Shown here: in pieces, positions 26,101 through 38,928 of the stretch | Layout: every line of letters starts with the position of its first letter | Position numbering within the stretch: the first letter of the stretch is position 1 | Assembly (NCBI RefSeq): GCF_031769215.1 | Contig: NW_026782038.1 | Location: 372,001 to 436,000 of the forward strand | Reading direction: 5' to 3' | DNA: 64,000 nucleotides | Origin: Ylistrum balloti | Taxonomy: Eukaryota | Made by a program: the position numbers and the translations under genes | Notes under the pieces: model-generated | Told to the model about the DNA's origin: nothing | The model's database searches: none | Seen by the model: the letters and a program-made list of their open reading frames with translations, nothing else

Positions 26101-26594
26101 TACCAAAATCTAGTGTGGAGTATATAGGTAACCACAAACCACAACTATCAGTGCCACTGCGACCTGGTGTATGGACTGTTAAACTGATGCACCGTTGGAA
26201 TGTTGTTGCAGAGACAAAATTTCTAGTAATTCCACTCACTATGATGAATGGCCAACCAATCAACATGGTGGAGGCAGAATTATCTCATGGGGGACCAAAA
26301 GAATTCTATGCATCTAAGGACTTTTCAGAATTCAAGAATGTCTTGAAAATTAATACTTCAAACATATTTTTAAATGAAGCAATATCTAATAGTAAAAAGA
26401 CAGGGGCAGCTTTAGAATCTTGGATCGATAGTTTAACAGAGGATTTTTGGTCAATACAATCCACCTGCTCAGTTAATGCAGAACACTGTCCTCAAATTGA
26501 CCTCTGTGACACAACTTCTTGGAGTTCAAGGTCACCTGATCCCAAATCTGAAATCCGGGGCATTGATAAACGAACAGGACAATTGATCAGCTGA
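11189..26594 (+). CDS. XYLT: Peptide O-xylosyltransferase (oxt/XYLT family, GT14) with luminal WSC domain, 883 aa
   Basis: 12 exons: 11189-11329, 15042-15300, 17734-17862, 18477-18644, 19056-19231, 20390-20592, 20968-21048, 22019-22235, 23534-23710, 24603-24708, 25078-25406, 25929-26594; total 2652 nt, all phases compatible. N-terminal signal anchor; motifs YLGCFRD and [13 protein letters not shown] (WSC), [64 protein letters not shown]. Confidence 0.96.
12229..12518. repeat. Minisatellite, 58-bp unit, 5 copies (XYLT intron 1)
   Basis: Unit TATACTGGAACAATTAATGCCACAAGTGAGCGAAGAAGAAGACATGTCTGAATTATAG. Confidence 0.95.
16059..17625. repeat. Minisatellite, 34-bp unit, ~46 copies (XYLT intron 2)
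   Basis: Unit AATGAATACTTCCATAGCTGTACCACATGGGTC(A/T), highly homogeneous. Confidence 0.98.
18645..18780. repeat. 44-bp repeat, ~3 copies, starting at the XYLT exon-4 donor
   Basis: GTAGGTGTCATACAGG at 18645, 18689 (GTAGAT variant) and 18733. Confidence 0.85.
19665..20245. mobile_element. Non-autonomous interspersed element (HINE-like)
   Basis: T-run start TTTTTATGTTCCCACC...GGGAGGAGGGGG, internal ~120-bp repeats containing AAGGTCA, end GGGGCATTTGTGTC...CTAGTT. Confidence 0.5.
21281..21921 (-). mobile_element. HINE-like element of the same family as 6502-7335, reverse orientation
   Basis: Right end reads AACAAGAGACCCATTGGGCACATCACTCACC on the minus strand; left end reads CCAAGTGAACTAAAAA. 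Confidence 0.65.
22855..23282. repeat. Minisatellite, 43-bp unit, ~10 diverged copies
   Basis: Unit TTTTTGATACAGATATTTGTCTGGAGGTGAGGGACTATCACTA. Confidence 0.92.
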
Positions 26595-28625
26595 CATGAA
26601 TATTAAGTTCAGGTTTACAAGCAAATTGCTGTGATATTTTTATTTAAAGCTTCTGTAAACCAACTTTCTTTTGAGGCTACTAACTTTTGTGATTTCATTT
26701 CTGCAACAAGGTCACAGTGAATTATTTTCCCAAATTCTGAATGAAAAATTCAAAGTGCAGAGTCTTCACTTAAATCCCAGAGAGAGCCCCATATTTAATT
26801 GCTAAATTTGGCCATGACAGGTGAGCTTTCTGTATGACCTTTCTGGGTCACAGTGACGTGTTCATAGACTGCTATGACATTTAACACCTTAGAAACAGCA
26901 TATGGTACAAACGCCCAGAAGAATTAACTGGTCTAACTGACTTTCTAATTAATTAGATGTCTTCTTTGTTTGCTTAGACAGTAATGTGAAGGTCTATGAC
27001 AGTTATCTTAAAGCTTGTACATTGCTTTTTATTAAGGTGACTCAGTTGTAAAATTCATACCTTGTCTGCTGAAATGTCAAAAGGCCGTAAAACCTGTTAA
27101 ACAAATAAGAAGAACATGCTACAGATCTCTAATGGAGTGTTTCATTTACCTAACAAAAACTCCACAGAATTGTCCTTACTAGATGTTATAAACATGCTAT
27201 AGATGTATGTACTGTTACATTATAGATTCAGGAGAAACTGCACTTAAGGTAAATAGTCATTATTATAAACAACAAATATTAACTATGAAAATCCATGTTC
27301 ATTATCTATATTCTAATTTGTGGTGTTAAGTTTTCGTGTTTTGGCTTTGATAGCAAAATTTGCAAAAGTAAATTGCATGCAAATGAAAGTTGGTTTATAG
27401 TAATTCTTTGCTTGTTTTATAGAGAGGAGGAAAATACATAATCAACATTTCCCAAAGATGTCCATCATAAATTTTCAAATGATCTTGAAAAATCAAATCG
27501 CTCAAATTATTTCATTGTCTTAAGCAGGAGTGTAAATGATGTCATACAGAAACTTATTGTATTTAAATGAATTGGTCGACAGCTATTAGACACAGCTTTT
27601 CTTTCTCAAACTGAAGTGAAAATATGTGTAAAATGTAAAAATTTTGTGGTTTTGACGTTGAATATCAACTTTGTAATTTTTTTCTTTTAACTGGTAAATG
27701 AAATTTTATGCATTGGAATATATTCAGAAATTAACTTTTTTTGATACTGTAGATAGTATACTGCATTCATTTACAGTAATACTTATATTGTTAGTTTCAT
27801 AGTATGCCATATAGAGGTAATATCTGTAAGTAATGTACATCTAGGCCTGGAAGCATAATTACCCATATTTAATGTTTTGTTACTTACTTTTTGTTGTTAT
27901 ATTTATCTTGGTGCTTTGATCATATTTTTTGGAGTGAGACAAAATTCTTCTACATGTGGCGTACCTTTTAATATTATTTACACAACTGATGCTGGGCATC
28001 AACTGTGTTTTTTATTTGTTCCCATATTCAGCTTTTTGTCTGCTGGTGCAAAATCAGATAAACTGTTGACAAATTATGGAAATTCTGTAGTGACTTAAGA
28101 AATTTGTATTGCAACATTTTCAGATTTAAGTGTTTTTCAGATTTTTGAGTGAGTGATTACTCATGTAAGTAATATAAGTATGAAAGGTTATTGTTTTGGA
28201 CATTTTAGAATAAAGAATTTTAACAAGTTTTTACTACTGTCAGTTACAGGTTGATGTTATGATTTTAACTTTTGAACAAATGAATGGAAATGGACACAAA
28301 GTAGAACAAAGTTGAAATATTGGTGTACTTTTCTTTTGGTGCTTTTGTTTTTATAGAATATGTTGGATGAATATCATCTTAGATGTACACTTTTTATGAA
28401 ATTGTTTACAAAGTTACATATGTATTTCATGTTACACACAGGAGGGTTTAAGTGAATTACTATCATATACCAGTGTAAATGAACATGTCAATGAATATGT
28501 GGTTTAGAAATGTTTTTGTTATTGCTATTTCCTATGTTTTAATTTGATCTTGGGAAGAGATGTAAACAATCAAAAGCTTTGTATATTTTTGTACAAATAA
28601 CTAACACCCACCCTTTATTTTTGAT

Positions 28626-29073
28626 TGTCTTTGTCAGAGCTTGTATAGGTATTGCTACTATTTTGTCTGTTTGTTTGTCTTTGTCAGAGCTTGTATAGGT
28701 ATTGCTACTATTTTGTCTGTTTGTTTGTCTTTGTCAGAGCTTGTATAGGTATTGCTACTATTTTGTCTGTTTGTCTTTGTCAGAGCTTGTATAGGTATTG
28801 CTGCTATTTTGTCTGTTTGTTTGTCTTTGTCAGAGCTTGTATAGGTATTGCTGCTATTTTGTCTGTTTGTTTGTCTTTGTCAGAGCTTGTATAGGCATTG
28901 CTACTATTTTGTCTGTTTGTTTGTCTTTGTCAGAGCTTGTATAGGTATTGATACTATTTTGTCTGTTTGTTTGTCTTTGTCAGAGCTTGTATAGGTATTG
29001 CTGCTATTTTGTCTGTTTGTTTGTCTTTGTCAGAGCTTGTATAGGTATTGCTACTATTTTGTCTGTTTGTTTG
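28626..29073. repeat. Minisatellite, 50-bp unit, ~9 copies
   Basis: Unit TTGTCTTTGTCAGAGCTTGTATAGGTATTGCTACTATTTTGTCTGTTTGT. Confidence 0.95.
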
Positions 29074-29179
29074 CCTCATTCACAGATGTCTTATTAAGCT
29101 GGGCACATAATGCTTATTTTTCTTGAGGTAATGTACATATTGAACAAAACTCAATTTTGAACATGCCCAAACAGAGATT

Positions 29180-30485
29180 CATTGGTGTGTTTTCCTTTTC
29201 CTGGTGTCTCTATGGTGTACAATGTCTGTATTTTGCTTTTCTTGGTGTCTCTATGGTGTACATGGTCTGTGTTTTCCTTTTCTTGGTGTCTCTACGATGT
29301 ACAATTTCTTTGTGTTTTCCTTTTCTTGGTGTCTCTATGGTGTACATGGTCTGTGTTTTCCTTTTCTTGGTGTCTCTATGGTGTACATGGTCTGTGTTTT
29401 CCTTTTCTTGGTGTCTCTATGGTGTACAATGTCTGTGTGTTTTCCTTTTCTTGGTGTCTCTATGGTGTACATGGTCTGTGTGTTTTACTTTTCTTGGTGT
29501 CTCTATGGTGTACAATGTCTGTGTGTTTTCCTTTTCTTGGTGTCTCTATGGTGTACATGGTCTGTGTTTTCCTTTTCTTGGTGTCTCTATGGTGTACACG
29601 GTCTGTGTTTTCCTTTTCTTGGTATCTCTATGGTGTACAATGTCTGTGTGTTTTACTTTTCTTGGTGTCTCTATGGTGTACAATGTCTGTGTGTTTTCCT
29701 TTTCTTGGTGTCTCTATGGTGTACATGGTCTGTGTTTTCTTTTTCTTGGTGTCTCTATGGTGTACACGGTCTGTGTTTTCCTTTTCTTGGTGTCTGTATG
29801 GTGTACATGGTCTGTGTTTTCCTTTTCTTGGTGTCTCTATGGTGTACACGGTCTGTGTTTTCCTTTTCTTGGTGTCTCTATGGTGTACAATGTCTGTGTG
29901 TTTTACTTTTCTTGGTGTCTCTATGGTGTACAATGTCTGTGTTTTCCTTTTCTTGGTGTCTCTATGGTGTACATGGTCTGTGTTTTCCTTTTCTTGGTGT
30001 CTCTATGGTGTACACGGTCTGTGTTTTCCTTTTCTTGGTGTCTCTATGGTGTACATGGTCTGTGTTTTCCTTTTCTTGGTATCTCTATGGTGTACAATGT
30101 CTGTGTGTTTTACTTTCCTTGGTATCTCTATGGTGTACAATGTCTGTGTGTTTTACTTTCCTTGGTGTCTCTATGGTGTACATGGCCTGTGTTTTACTTT
30201 CCTTGGTATCTCTATGGTGTACATGGTCTGCGTGGTTTGCTTTTCCTTGTGTCTCTATGGTGTACAATGTCTGTGTGTTTTGCTTTTCTTGGTATCTCTA
30301 TGGTGTACAATGTCTGTGTGTTTTGCTTTTCTTGGTATCTCTATGGTGTACATGGTCTGTGTGTTTTCCTTTTCTTGGTGTCTCTATGGTGTACATGGTC
30401 TGCGTGGTTTGCTTTTCCTTGTGTCTCTATGGTGTACAATGTCTGTGTGTTTTCCTTTTCTTGGTGTCTCTATGGTGTACATGTC
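29180..30485. repeat. Minisatellite, 40/42-bp unit, ~32 copies
   Basis: Unit TTTTCCTTTTCTTGGTGTCTCTATGGTGTACA(TG/AT)GTCTGTG(TG). It lacks stop codons, which explains the three overlapping ~450-aa ORFs. Confidence 0.97.
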
Positions 30486-33400
30486 TATATGTATCTCTAT
30501 CAAATTTATAGTTTGTCCTTTTGTGTACTTAGGCTCTAATTCCAGTTTTTAGTTCGTCAGTGTGATGAGTTTTGCCAAAGACTGTTGTAAGAATGAAAAA
30601 TTTGCCACCGATTTTAAATGTAGTATATATCTATGAATTCCAAAATTCAGTCTTTGTCCTATAACTTTGATATGATAGGGACTTTGTAACATTTTTTGTC
30701 AATATGTGATAAAAGTTTAATTTGATAATATTATTTTTAAAAAATGTTTTATTATGTTTTGTTAAAATACTTGTGAATACCAAAAACTATCTGTCATTTT
30801 TATTGTTATGTTGTTGAAGACCCAGATGAAAAATAATTTTAATACTTTATTTACAAATTTCTCTCTATACTGGATTAATAGCAACCAACACACTGGGCTC
30901 CATTACTTACACTAGGTGTTGGTTAAACATACAGACACAATCAGCTGTTGTAGATTGTGTTAAAATCCAATGAAAGGAAAAATGATAAAACTGAAATACA
31001 TATGGGAAGGTTTGCTAACTGGGGCGTAGTTTGTAGTTAATCTTTATTAGGATATTATGGTGTTACTGTCAGCAGAGGAAGCTTCTTGGAAACAAATAGG
31101 AAGTATGTTGTATAAGGTAGCATATACATCCCCAGGGTGAAAAATTGGAATTCTTATTTCTTATTTTACCTTTATGATATCAAATATGGACATTTAGAAA
31201 AAAATTACTGATGACATATGACTATTATGTAATGATGTAGCTGATGAAAATAGAAACAATAACAAACTAAAAGCAAAAAACGTTTTCTGGAGATGTTTTA
31301 ATTTGACATATGAAGCTGTCAGAGAAAGTTCATACCAGGGACTGCTTTAACATATTTTAACTGTAACATATATACAGTAAAACCTCAATATACTGTCGCC
31401 TTCCATCCACTGACATTTTGGCAGTACAGCAAGTTTTGGATTCTTGGGAAATACTGTGGGTCTACACGGAAGGTTCCTAATTTGTCCACTTTTCATAAGA
31501 CAAAGAAAGATGTTGTTTTATGAAGACAATTGCAAACCAATTATAGTCAGTTCCATACTAATTATATATATTTCACCTGAGTTCACTCACCTGTGTCTTT
31601 ATCCAGTGTGTTCTGTTACCTTAAATGCTATGCTAAATACTATGGACAGGGAGGTATAATTCAATATTTTACACAGCTGCTTTAATTGATTTTTTTATTA
31701 TTTCTTTTAAATTAGTGAAATAACACAATATAGACATATAAAGAAATTGTATGATGTAAAATACATGCAATAATATTACATTTCATAGAACAGTTTCTAT
31801 AACACAACCAATAGATTGATGTCATCATTCTCTCTGTAAAGTTGTTGATGTTCGGTTTGCTGGGCTTTCCTCAAGATGCACCAAGTAAAATAGAGCAAGC
31901 ATCCATTGATGGTCACTCATGGGAACACCTGGCATTAGGCATCGTGGGCTGCTGTCATTAATCTCCAATCAATTAAATGTAATAGATTATAAAAAGATCT
32001 CTTTATTTTGTCATTATTTCAATATCATATTAACAGTAAGTAAGAATATGTAAACCCTGAAATATTTTTTAAGTTCTCAATGAAATTCCTATTATTTCAT
32101 ATGATATCAGTTTCCAAAATAATTTAGATGACATGGATGTAAACTTTGATAGATACAGGTGACAGATAAATGCCCATGTTATATCAAAAAGGTGGCAAAT
32201 CAGGATTGCACCATTTACTGCATGCGGTACTTGCTTATAGTATCAATAACTATGTAATTGACATGCTATGTGTATAACACACATTTTAATATATTAATTA
32301 GGGAATGGACATCACATAATAACTTCTCAAATAATGCCTTATCCTTCTCTGCTACCTCTTTTTGCAGTCACTAGCTTAAGGATTTTGTATACAATTCCAC
32401 TGATGTTCTTCTTGTCTACCTCTTTTCTGTTTGCTGTTATTTGTTGAAGTAAGTTTTATCCATTTAGTTGTGTACAACATAATAATTTCAAAATTTTTTT
32501 TCCAGTTATGTGAAGGATGATGACTAAGATACAGGGTAGTTGTATACCTATAAGTACTCTACCCATTGGTGAATTAACACAGTGCAGATTTTATCATCAA
32601 TGGGTCAGAAGATAAAAGCCAGGTCTTTAGATCCCTTTGTGTAAAGTGTATGTGATTTTCTGTCAACACATCAGTTTTCTCTCAAAAATACTAAACCCTT
32701 CTGTGTATTCAGTGGTTTTTCTGGTGTATAAGGATTAAAAATCTGTTTGACAAATTACTTGCACTTTAAAGTCCTACGGAAACCTGCTTCAAAATTTTCA
32801 TGAGACATGCAATTTTTGGCACGACACATGCCTGGAGAAAAGAATGAACAATACTGTTCATTACATTGACAATATTTGCCATATATTTTTGTTTGAATAA
32901 AAGTGGATAATAGAAAGCAGCATAACACCACCTCCCTCCCTCCTTGAAACTGAGAGAAAACAAGGCATACAGGCCCTTTTTGTAATAATCATCTTTACGT
33001 CTCAGAAATCAGAACCAAAGAAAACTAGAAAACTGTAAAAATATTTTTGGCTTGTAATGATAATGTTACGATCTCCAAGTGAGAAAATATGAGAGAGCAT
33101 TGGCCAACAGAGAGTTTCCTGGTGGTTTTGAATGTTTTACTCTGCCATAATAAGTACACAGGATTAGAATCTCATTCACTGATTCTTTCCCCTCTCAGTA
33201 GTGATGAAGATGGTAAGTAAAAGCTAGAAATTATAGCTTACTGACATGCTAATTACTATACCGTGTTTCACGATTGATGTTGTGAAATATATGTCATTAA
33301 AAATCGTGATGTCATTTTTAAAGTCATGTGTTCAAATCTAAATTGTTGTTTTCTAACAATAATGTAGGTAAACACATTGTTTATCAGAATTCATTAAGAA

Positions 33401-33551
33401 TATTAGTGCAATCATGGTCTTTTAATAGCTAATTTGCTTTATTTTGTTTTTACAATTGGAATTTTCAATTGCATATGTAATTAATACACAGAAGTACAAC
33501 TGATTAACTTCCTTTTGAACCATTTGCACTTATTTTAAATGAAAACAAGAT

Positions 33552-33924
33552 TCTGAAGGTCAGTGGTGATAAATCATTATTCTGAAGGTCAGTGATGATA
33601 AATCATTATTCTGAAGTTCAGTGGCGATAAATCATTATTCTGAAGGTCAGTTGTGATAAATCATTATTCTGAAGGTCAGTGGTGATAAATCATTATTCTG
33701 AAGTTCAGTGGCGATAAATCATTATTCTGAAGGTCAGTTGTGATAAATCATTATTCTGAAGGTCAGTGGTGATAAATCATTATTTTGAAGTTCAGTGGTA
33801 ATAAATCATTATTCTGAAGGTCAGTGATGATAAATCATTATTCTGAAAGTCAGTGTTGATAAATCATTATTCTGAAGTTCAGTGGTGATAAATCATTATT
33901 CTGAAGGTCAGTTGTGATAAATCA
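33552..33924. repeat. Minisatellite, 29-bp unit, ~13 copies
   Basis: Unit TCTGAAGGTCAGTGGTGATAAATCATTAT. Confidence 0.95.
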
Positions 33925-34004
33925 GCTTTAACACACCCCTCGTATATCAAAACTCTGTAACCACCCATCCCCTTAACTGAACCTCATCCCTTACCTATAC
34001 GCCT

Positions 34005-35040
34005 CCCTCACTGCTCCCCTCACACAATCCCTAACCTGTACTCCACACTGCTCCCCTCACACCATCCCTAACCTGTACTCCTCACTGCTCCCCTCACACC
34101 ATCCCTAACCTATACTCCTCACTGCTCCCCTCACACCATCCCTAACCTTTACTCCTCACTGCTCCCCTCACATCATCCCTAACCTGTACTCCTCACTGCT
34201 CCCCTCACATCATCCCTAACCTGTACTCCTCACTGCCCCCCTCACATCATCCCTAACCTGTACTCCTCACTGCTCCCCTCACATCATCCCTAACCTATAC
34301 TCCTCACTTCTTCCCTCACACCATCCCTAACCTGTACTCCTCACTGCTCCCCTCACATCATCCCTAACCTGTACTCCTCACTGCTCCCCTCACATCATCC
34401 CTAACCTGTACTCCTCACTGCTCCCCTCACATCATCCCTAACCTGTACTCCTCACTGCTCCCCTCACATCATCCCTAACCTATACTCCTCACTGCTCCCC
34501 TCACACCATCCCTAACCTTTACTCCTCACTGCTCCCCTCATACCATCCCTAACCTTTACTCCTCACTGCTCCCCTCACACCATCCCTAACCTTTACTCCT
34601 CACTGCTCTCCTCACACCATCCCTAACCTTTACTCCTCACTGCTCCCCTCACACCATCCCTAACCTTTACTCCTCACTGCTCTCCTCACACCATCCCTAA
34701 CCTTTACTCCTCACTGCTCCCCTCACATCATCCCTAACCTATACTCCTCACTGCTCCCCTCACACCATCCCTAACCTTTACTCCTCACTGCTCCCCTCAC
34801 ACCATCCCTAACCTTTACTCCTCACTGCTCCCCTCACACCATCCCTAACCTTTACTCCTCACTGCTCCCCTCACACCATCCCTAACCTTTACTCCTCACT
34901 GCTCCCCTCACATCATCCCTAACCTATACTCCTCACTGCTCCCCTCACACCATCCCTAACCTTTACTCCTCACTGCTCCCCTCACATCATCCCTAACCTG
35001 TACTCCTCACTGCTCCCCTCACACCATCCCTAACCTATAC
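34005..35040. repeat. C-rich minisatellite, 37-bp unit, ~28 copies
   Basis: Unit ACTCCTCACTGCTCCCCTCACACCATCCCTAACCT(G/T/A)T. Confidence 0.97.
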
Positions 35041-36994
35041 CCCCTACATGATGATAATGTTTCCCCTCCCTTCCATCCTTAACCAACCCTTATCCCCTTT
35101 CCTCATACTAAAATTTTTAGAAGCAAATTTAGCATAATATAAATTTAATTAAACAAAGATGATAGATGCCCATTGGTCAAGTGCATAGGTCCTAATCTTC
35201 TCCTAGACTAATAATGGTGCATGAAGATGGAATTACTTTTCTTTGGAGGTTAAAGTTACCATTGATTTTTTCCAGAGAGTGAATGTAAATTTCAGTTAAA
35301 AAAGTGTTGTATATGCTAGAGCAGCTTAGGAGATTAACTAGAATGTTCTATCTGTCTGATATCTTAGTCCCGGGGTCTGATTTCAGTGTTATGTATTTAA
35401 TTACTATACTTCTTCATTTTTACATCGCTGTATAAAAGTGTACATTGTTACTCAGTATGTGTGGATGTAGTAGCTTTAATCCCACCTGTGAAATTTGCTT
35501 CCTTGTGAAAAACACCTTTGGGGACCAAATGCTTCTCTTCCCATACATCTCAAATTATGAAGTGAATGTGTGAAAGTTGGGAAAGAAAGAATATCATTTT
35601 TGCTGATTGAAAGAGCTGTACTGCTAATTTGTGGATGAAGGATTTTATGCCTTCTACATTTTTCTGTATCAGTGACAATTTACCATTTAACTGATATAAA
35701 TTCATTCAAATTTTCTTTTATATCATCCTTAATAATGCAATCAAACAATGGTAATCAAATTAAACTGTTTATTCTTAACAAGGGATTGTTTTCTTATCTA
35801 TATAAATACAGTACACATTCTGAAAATGTTCACAAGAGGCATAATTCATCTCTACCAGAAGTTATCATTTCTTACACTCAATAACATGTTATATAAGATA
35901 TAATTTATTTTACAACAATAACACGCTATATTAGTAAATGTTAATCATGCTTCATTGGACTGGATGGAAGTATGCAATAATATTCTTACATGGAGAAGAA
36001 CCCATAGTAACTAGGGATGACCTACAAAGTCACACAGATTACCTTATACTTTTTCTTGCCCAATAACACGTTTAAATGCAGGTCACCATAATGACGGGCA
36101 AGTGTTAACACCACTGTGCCACCTAATCAAACATATTTTATTTTACAACAATTGTGAAATAAGTTTTTCCAATTTATTAACAATTACTCTTGTTACCCCG
36201 GATGGAAGTACATATGAGATCTTTTTGTGGGAGGCAACTGGAGACCCGGGAATAACCAGGTGACCCCCATACCTATTCATGATCATTCTATGAATCAAAC
36301 CCTGATGCCTAGGTGAAAAGTGAGTGTTACCACTGTGCCACCTGACAACCCATATGTGATCAATTGCCTACCTCTGTATATAATAGTGAGTGAAAGGTAG
36401 GAAAACTCTGGGAAGATGTGATTTGTATAAAAACATGAGATAACATACGATACAAGCTGATGAATCATTATATTGGTTAAAATGAGGGAATTACACTGAA
36501 AATAACGATATATTGGTACATGTTTGTAATCCATGCTGACACTATCCTCAATGTGATTACTACTCTGTAATCAATAATACTACTACTCCAGTCTCAGATG
36601 TCTAATAACCTATCAAAACACAGCCTGTATATAAATATATACTTAACATGCTTTGTATATCATTGAGTGTTTGAAGAATCAGAAAAGCATATAAATTGAG
36701 TAATATATTGAGCTTTTATAACAACCCTGTTATACGGTATCATTGGTTTCATCAGTCCATCCAATGTAACCAGTTTTTAGATATTATAAAATATTCAATA
36801 TAGATACATTATAGCTATACCCTCTATAAGTACTTAAATATAGATACACCATAATTCTCTTCTCTATCAGGGCCTCAATCATAGACACACCACAGCTGTA
36901 ATTTCTTAACAATCAGACATCCACAGCTATGCTGTTGATGAGGACCTTAAACATATATACACCACAGCTTTCCTCTCTATCACGAACTCATTAA

Positions 36995-38928
36995 TTATCT
37001 TTGCCACGGATGTGTAGCCAAAGAAACTTTCGAGTTTTCAGAGGCCCGAGTGGCTCTGCTGTTGTCTTCTACGATCTTGTATCAAATTTCCAGTAGAGAG
37101 TGCACCCTCCAGTTTGTATGACCACCCTATACTTTGTCATACTTGACCACTATAAAGTCGCGGAGTGCAGCATCACGCCCTGTGATATCACCAAGTTCGT
37201 GATAACATAGAAACTTTAGAAACATTAGGTACGGTAAGGGTGGGATACTGATATGACCATTGCACTTTGCTAATTCTGTATGGAGGTGGGGAAGACACAT
37301 CCATTGTTCTTTCTTTGGAAATATCAAAATGTCCATAAATTCTTTATGGCATCTTGACAGTAAAGTGTACCCATGTCCTGAGTATTTCTTCTCGTACCTT
37401 TCTATTTCTTCCGGTGATCTGTGCAAAACATTCCATTTTAAACCGGATGCAAGAGTCCTGACTTGTCTGCAGATCTCCAATGATTTCCTGAAGTTTCCCA
37501 TCAAGAAGTGGAAGGTAGCCAAATACAATACGTTTGTTCTAAACGATGTCCGGGGAATGAACCAGCGTTTACCTTTTCTCAGATTGTTGTACCTGAGTTT
37601 GTTGCTCTGACCTGGTACCTCAGTTGCTCAGTCAATGGTCCTGCTAAGTGATAGTGTACCTGACGTAGCAATACGTAACGACCTCCTCACATTCCGTTTT
37701 TGATTTCGAAAGTAAATGAAGACTTTTCGTCATCATTTTCATCGGATTACCATGAATCGTAGGAGTTTTGCGGCATTTGTTTAAGACTGTTACATCAATA
37801 ATACAATCAACTTCTTTTGAAACTTGAGGAAATTGAAGTTCGGCTTTTGTCCTGGCAGTAAACGATCTGCCAAAATTAGGAGAGATGAGTTTTCCGAGCG
37901 ACAGACACATCCATTTCATCCCATGATAGTTGTTTAAAATATCGTTGGTGTTCCCCGTGAACTTTCCTTTGGAACATGTTGTTGGTAGGAATGAAATAAT
38001 TTGGACAGTAGCCTACCCATACCCAGTGGATCAACATGTTAAAGCAAAACCAAAAACAGTAGAACAGGTTCTCTTGCCAAAACATCGGATGGGAATTTTC
38101 GGCCGCGAAAAATATGAGTGTTTTCATGAAATAAGAGCACAGTATATCTTTATCGCCAATTGTTTCTTGAACAATAACTTGGATTTGCTTTAAGAAGTAT
38201 TTCAACAGGACGTAAACCTGGAATTGGATGTGACTCAGAGAGTGGACTAAACATCGCTCTGCTGATACAAATGTTATCCGCCATTCCAATAGTGTGTTGT
38301 TGGAACATTTATCTCCTACGGGGACAAGGTGATAACCATTTTGTTTAATTTTTCCTATCAAATTTGCACTTGGCCATCCATTAAGCCGCGGACGTGTTGC
38401 CCATTCTTCTGCCTCTCTTGGCCAGCTGCTACACGAGAAACAAATTACAACGTCTATACCTAAAAGCATATCCACGCTGTTGCTCGGGCCGTTGCATTCG
38501 TTAGCTAGGCCTGATCTTCTAAGTAAGTCGCCGCTTTCTTCCCAGAAGATATCACTTGAGACGAATAATTGCTGTCCATAAAGCTAAGCGACCTTTACAC
38601 CCTAACTGACGTAACTTTAGATTCACGAAGCCTGATCGACAGTCAGTCGCCTCCGTTATGTTCAGAATGGTGTTGTGGCTGTTTATCGGGACAGGCTGAT
38701 CTGGGTACAATACAGTAACAAGTTGATCTATAAACATTAAATCTATATCAGAATGTACCATATCGACACATGACAATCGTCATAATTTATCAACCATTCA
38801 TACATCAACAAAGTTTTCCTTTTGAGATCCACTACTTCCTGTGTAAGGTGAAATTTTCTGTCCAGAACTCTGGATAAAAGCACCGACTTCATTTCATTTT
38901 TATCGTCATCGAGTTTACCTTCAACCAT
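36995..38928 (-). pseudogene. Decayed intronless cGAS-like receptor (Mab-21 nucleotidyltransferase family) pseudogene
   Basis: Consecutive ORF fragments in different frames carry Mab-21/cGLR motifs: SDIDLMF (38741-38752), NGPS, IDVV, WPREAEEW, GYHLVP, WRITFVSAER, SYFMKT, CPNYFIPTNNMF, LYLATF. Frame changes at ~38770, ~38565, ~37945, ~37672 and ~37125; stops at 37628-30, 37127-29 and 37082-84. Splice acceptor just upstream of the ATG (~38938). Confidence 0.88.

Noticed and set aside
29157-30552. Three overlapping 435-460-aa Cys/hydrophobic ORFs
   Set aside because: They coincide with a stop-free 40/42-bp minisatellite. All three frames are open with the same rotating peptide, so this is a repeat artefact.
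37260-38193. Plus-strand ORFs overlapping the cGLR pseudogene
   Set aside because: Antisense shadows of formerly coding sequence, with no motifs.
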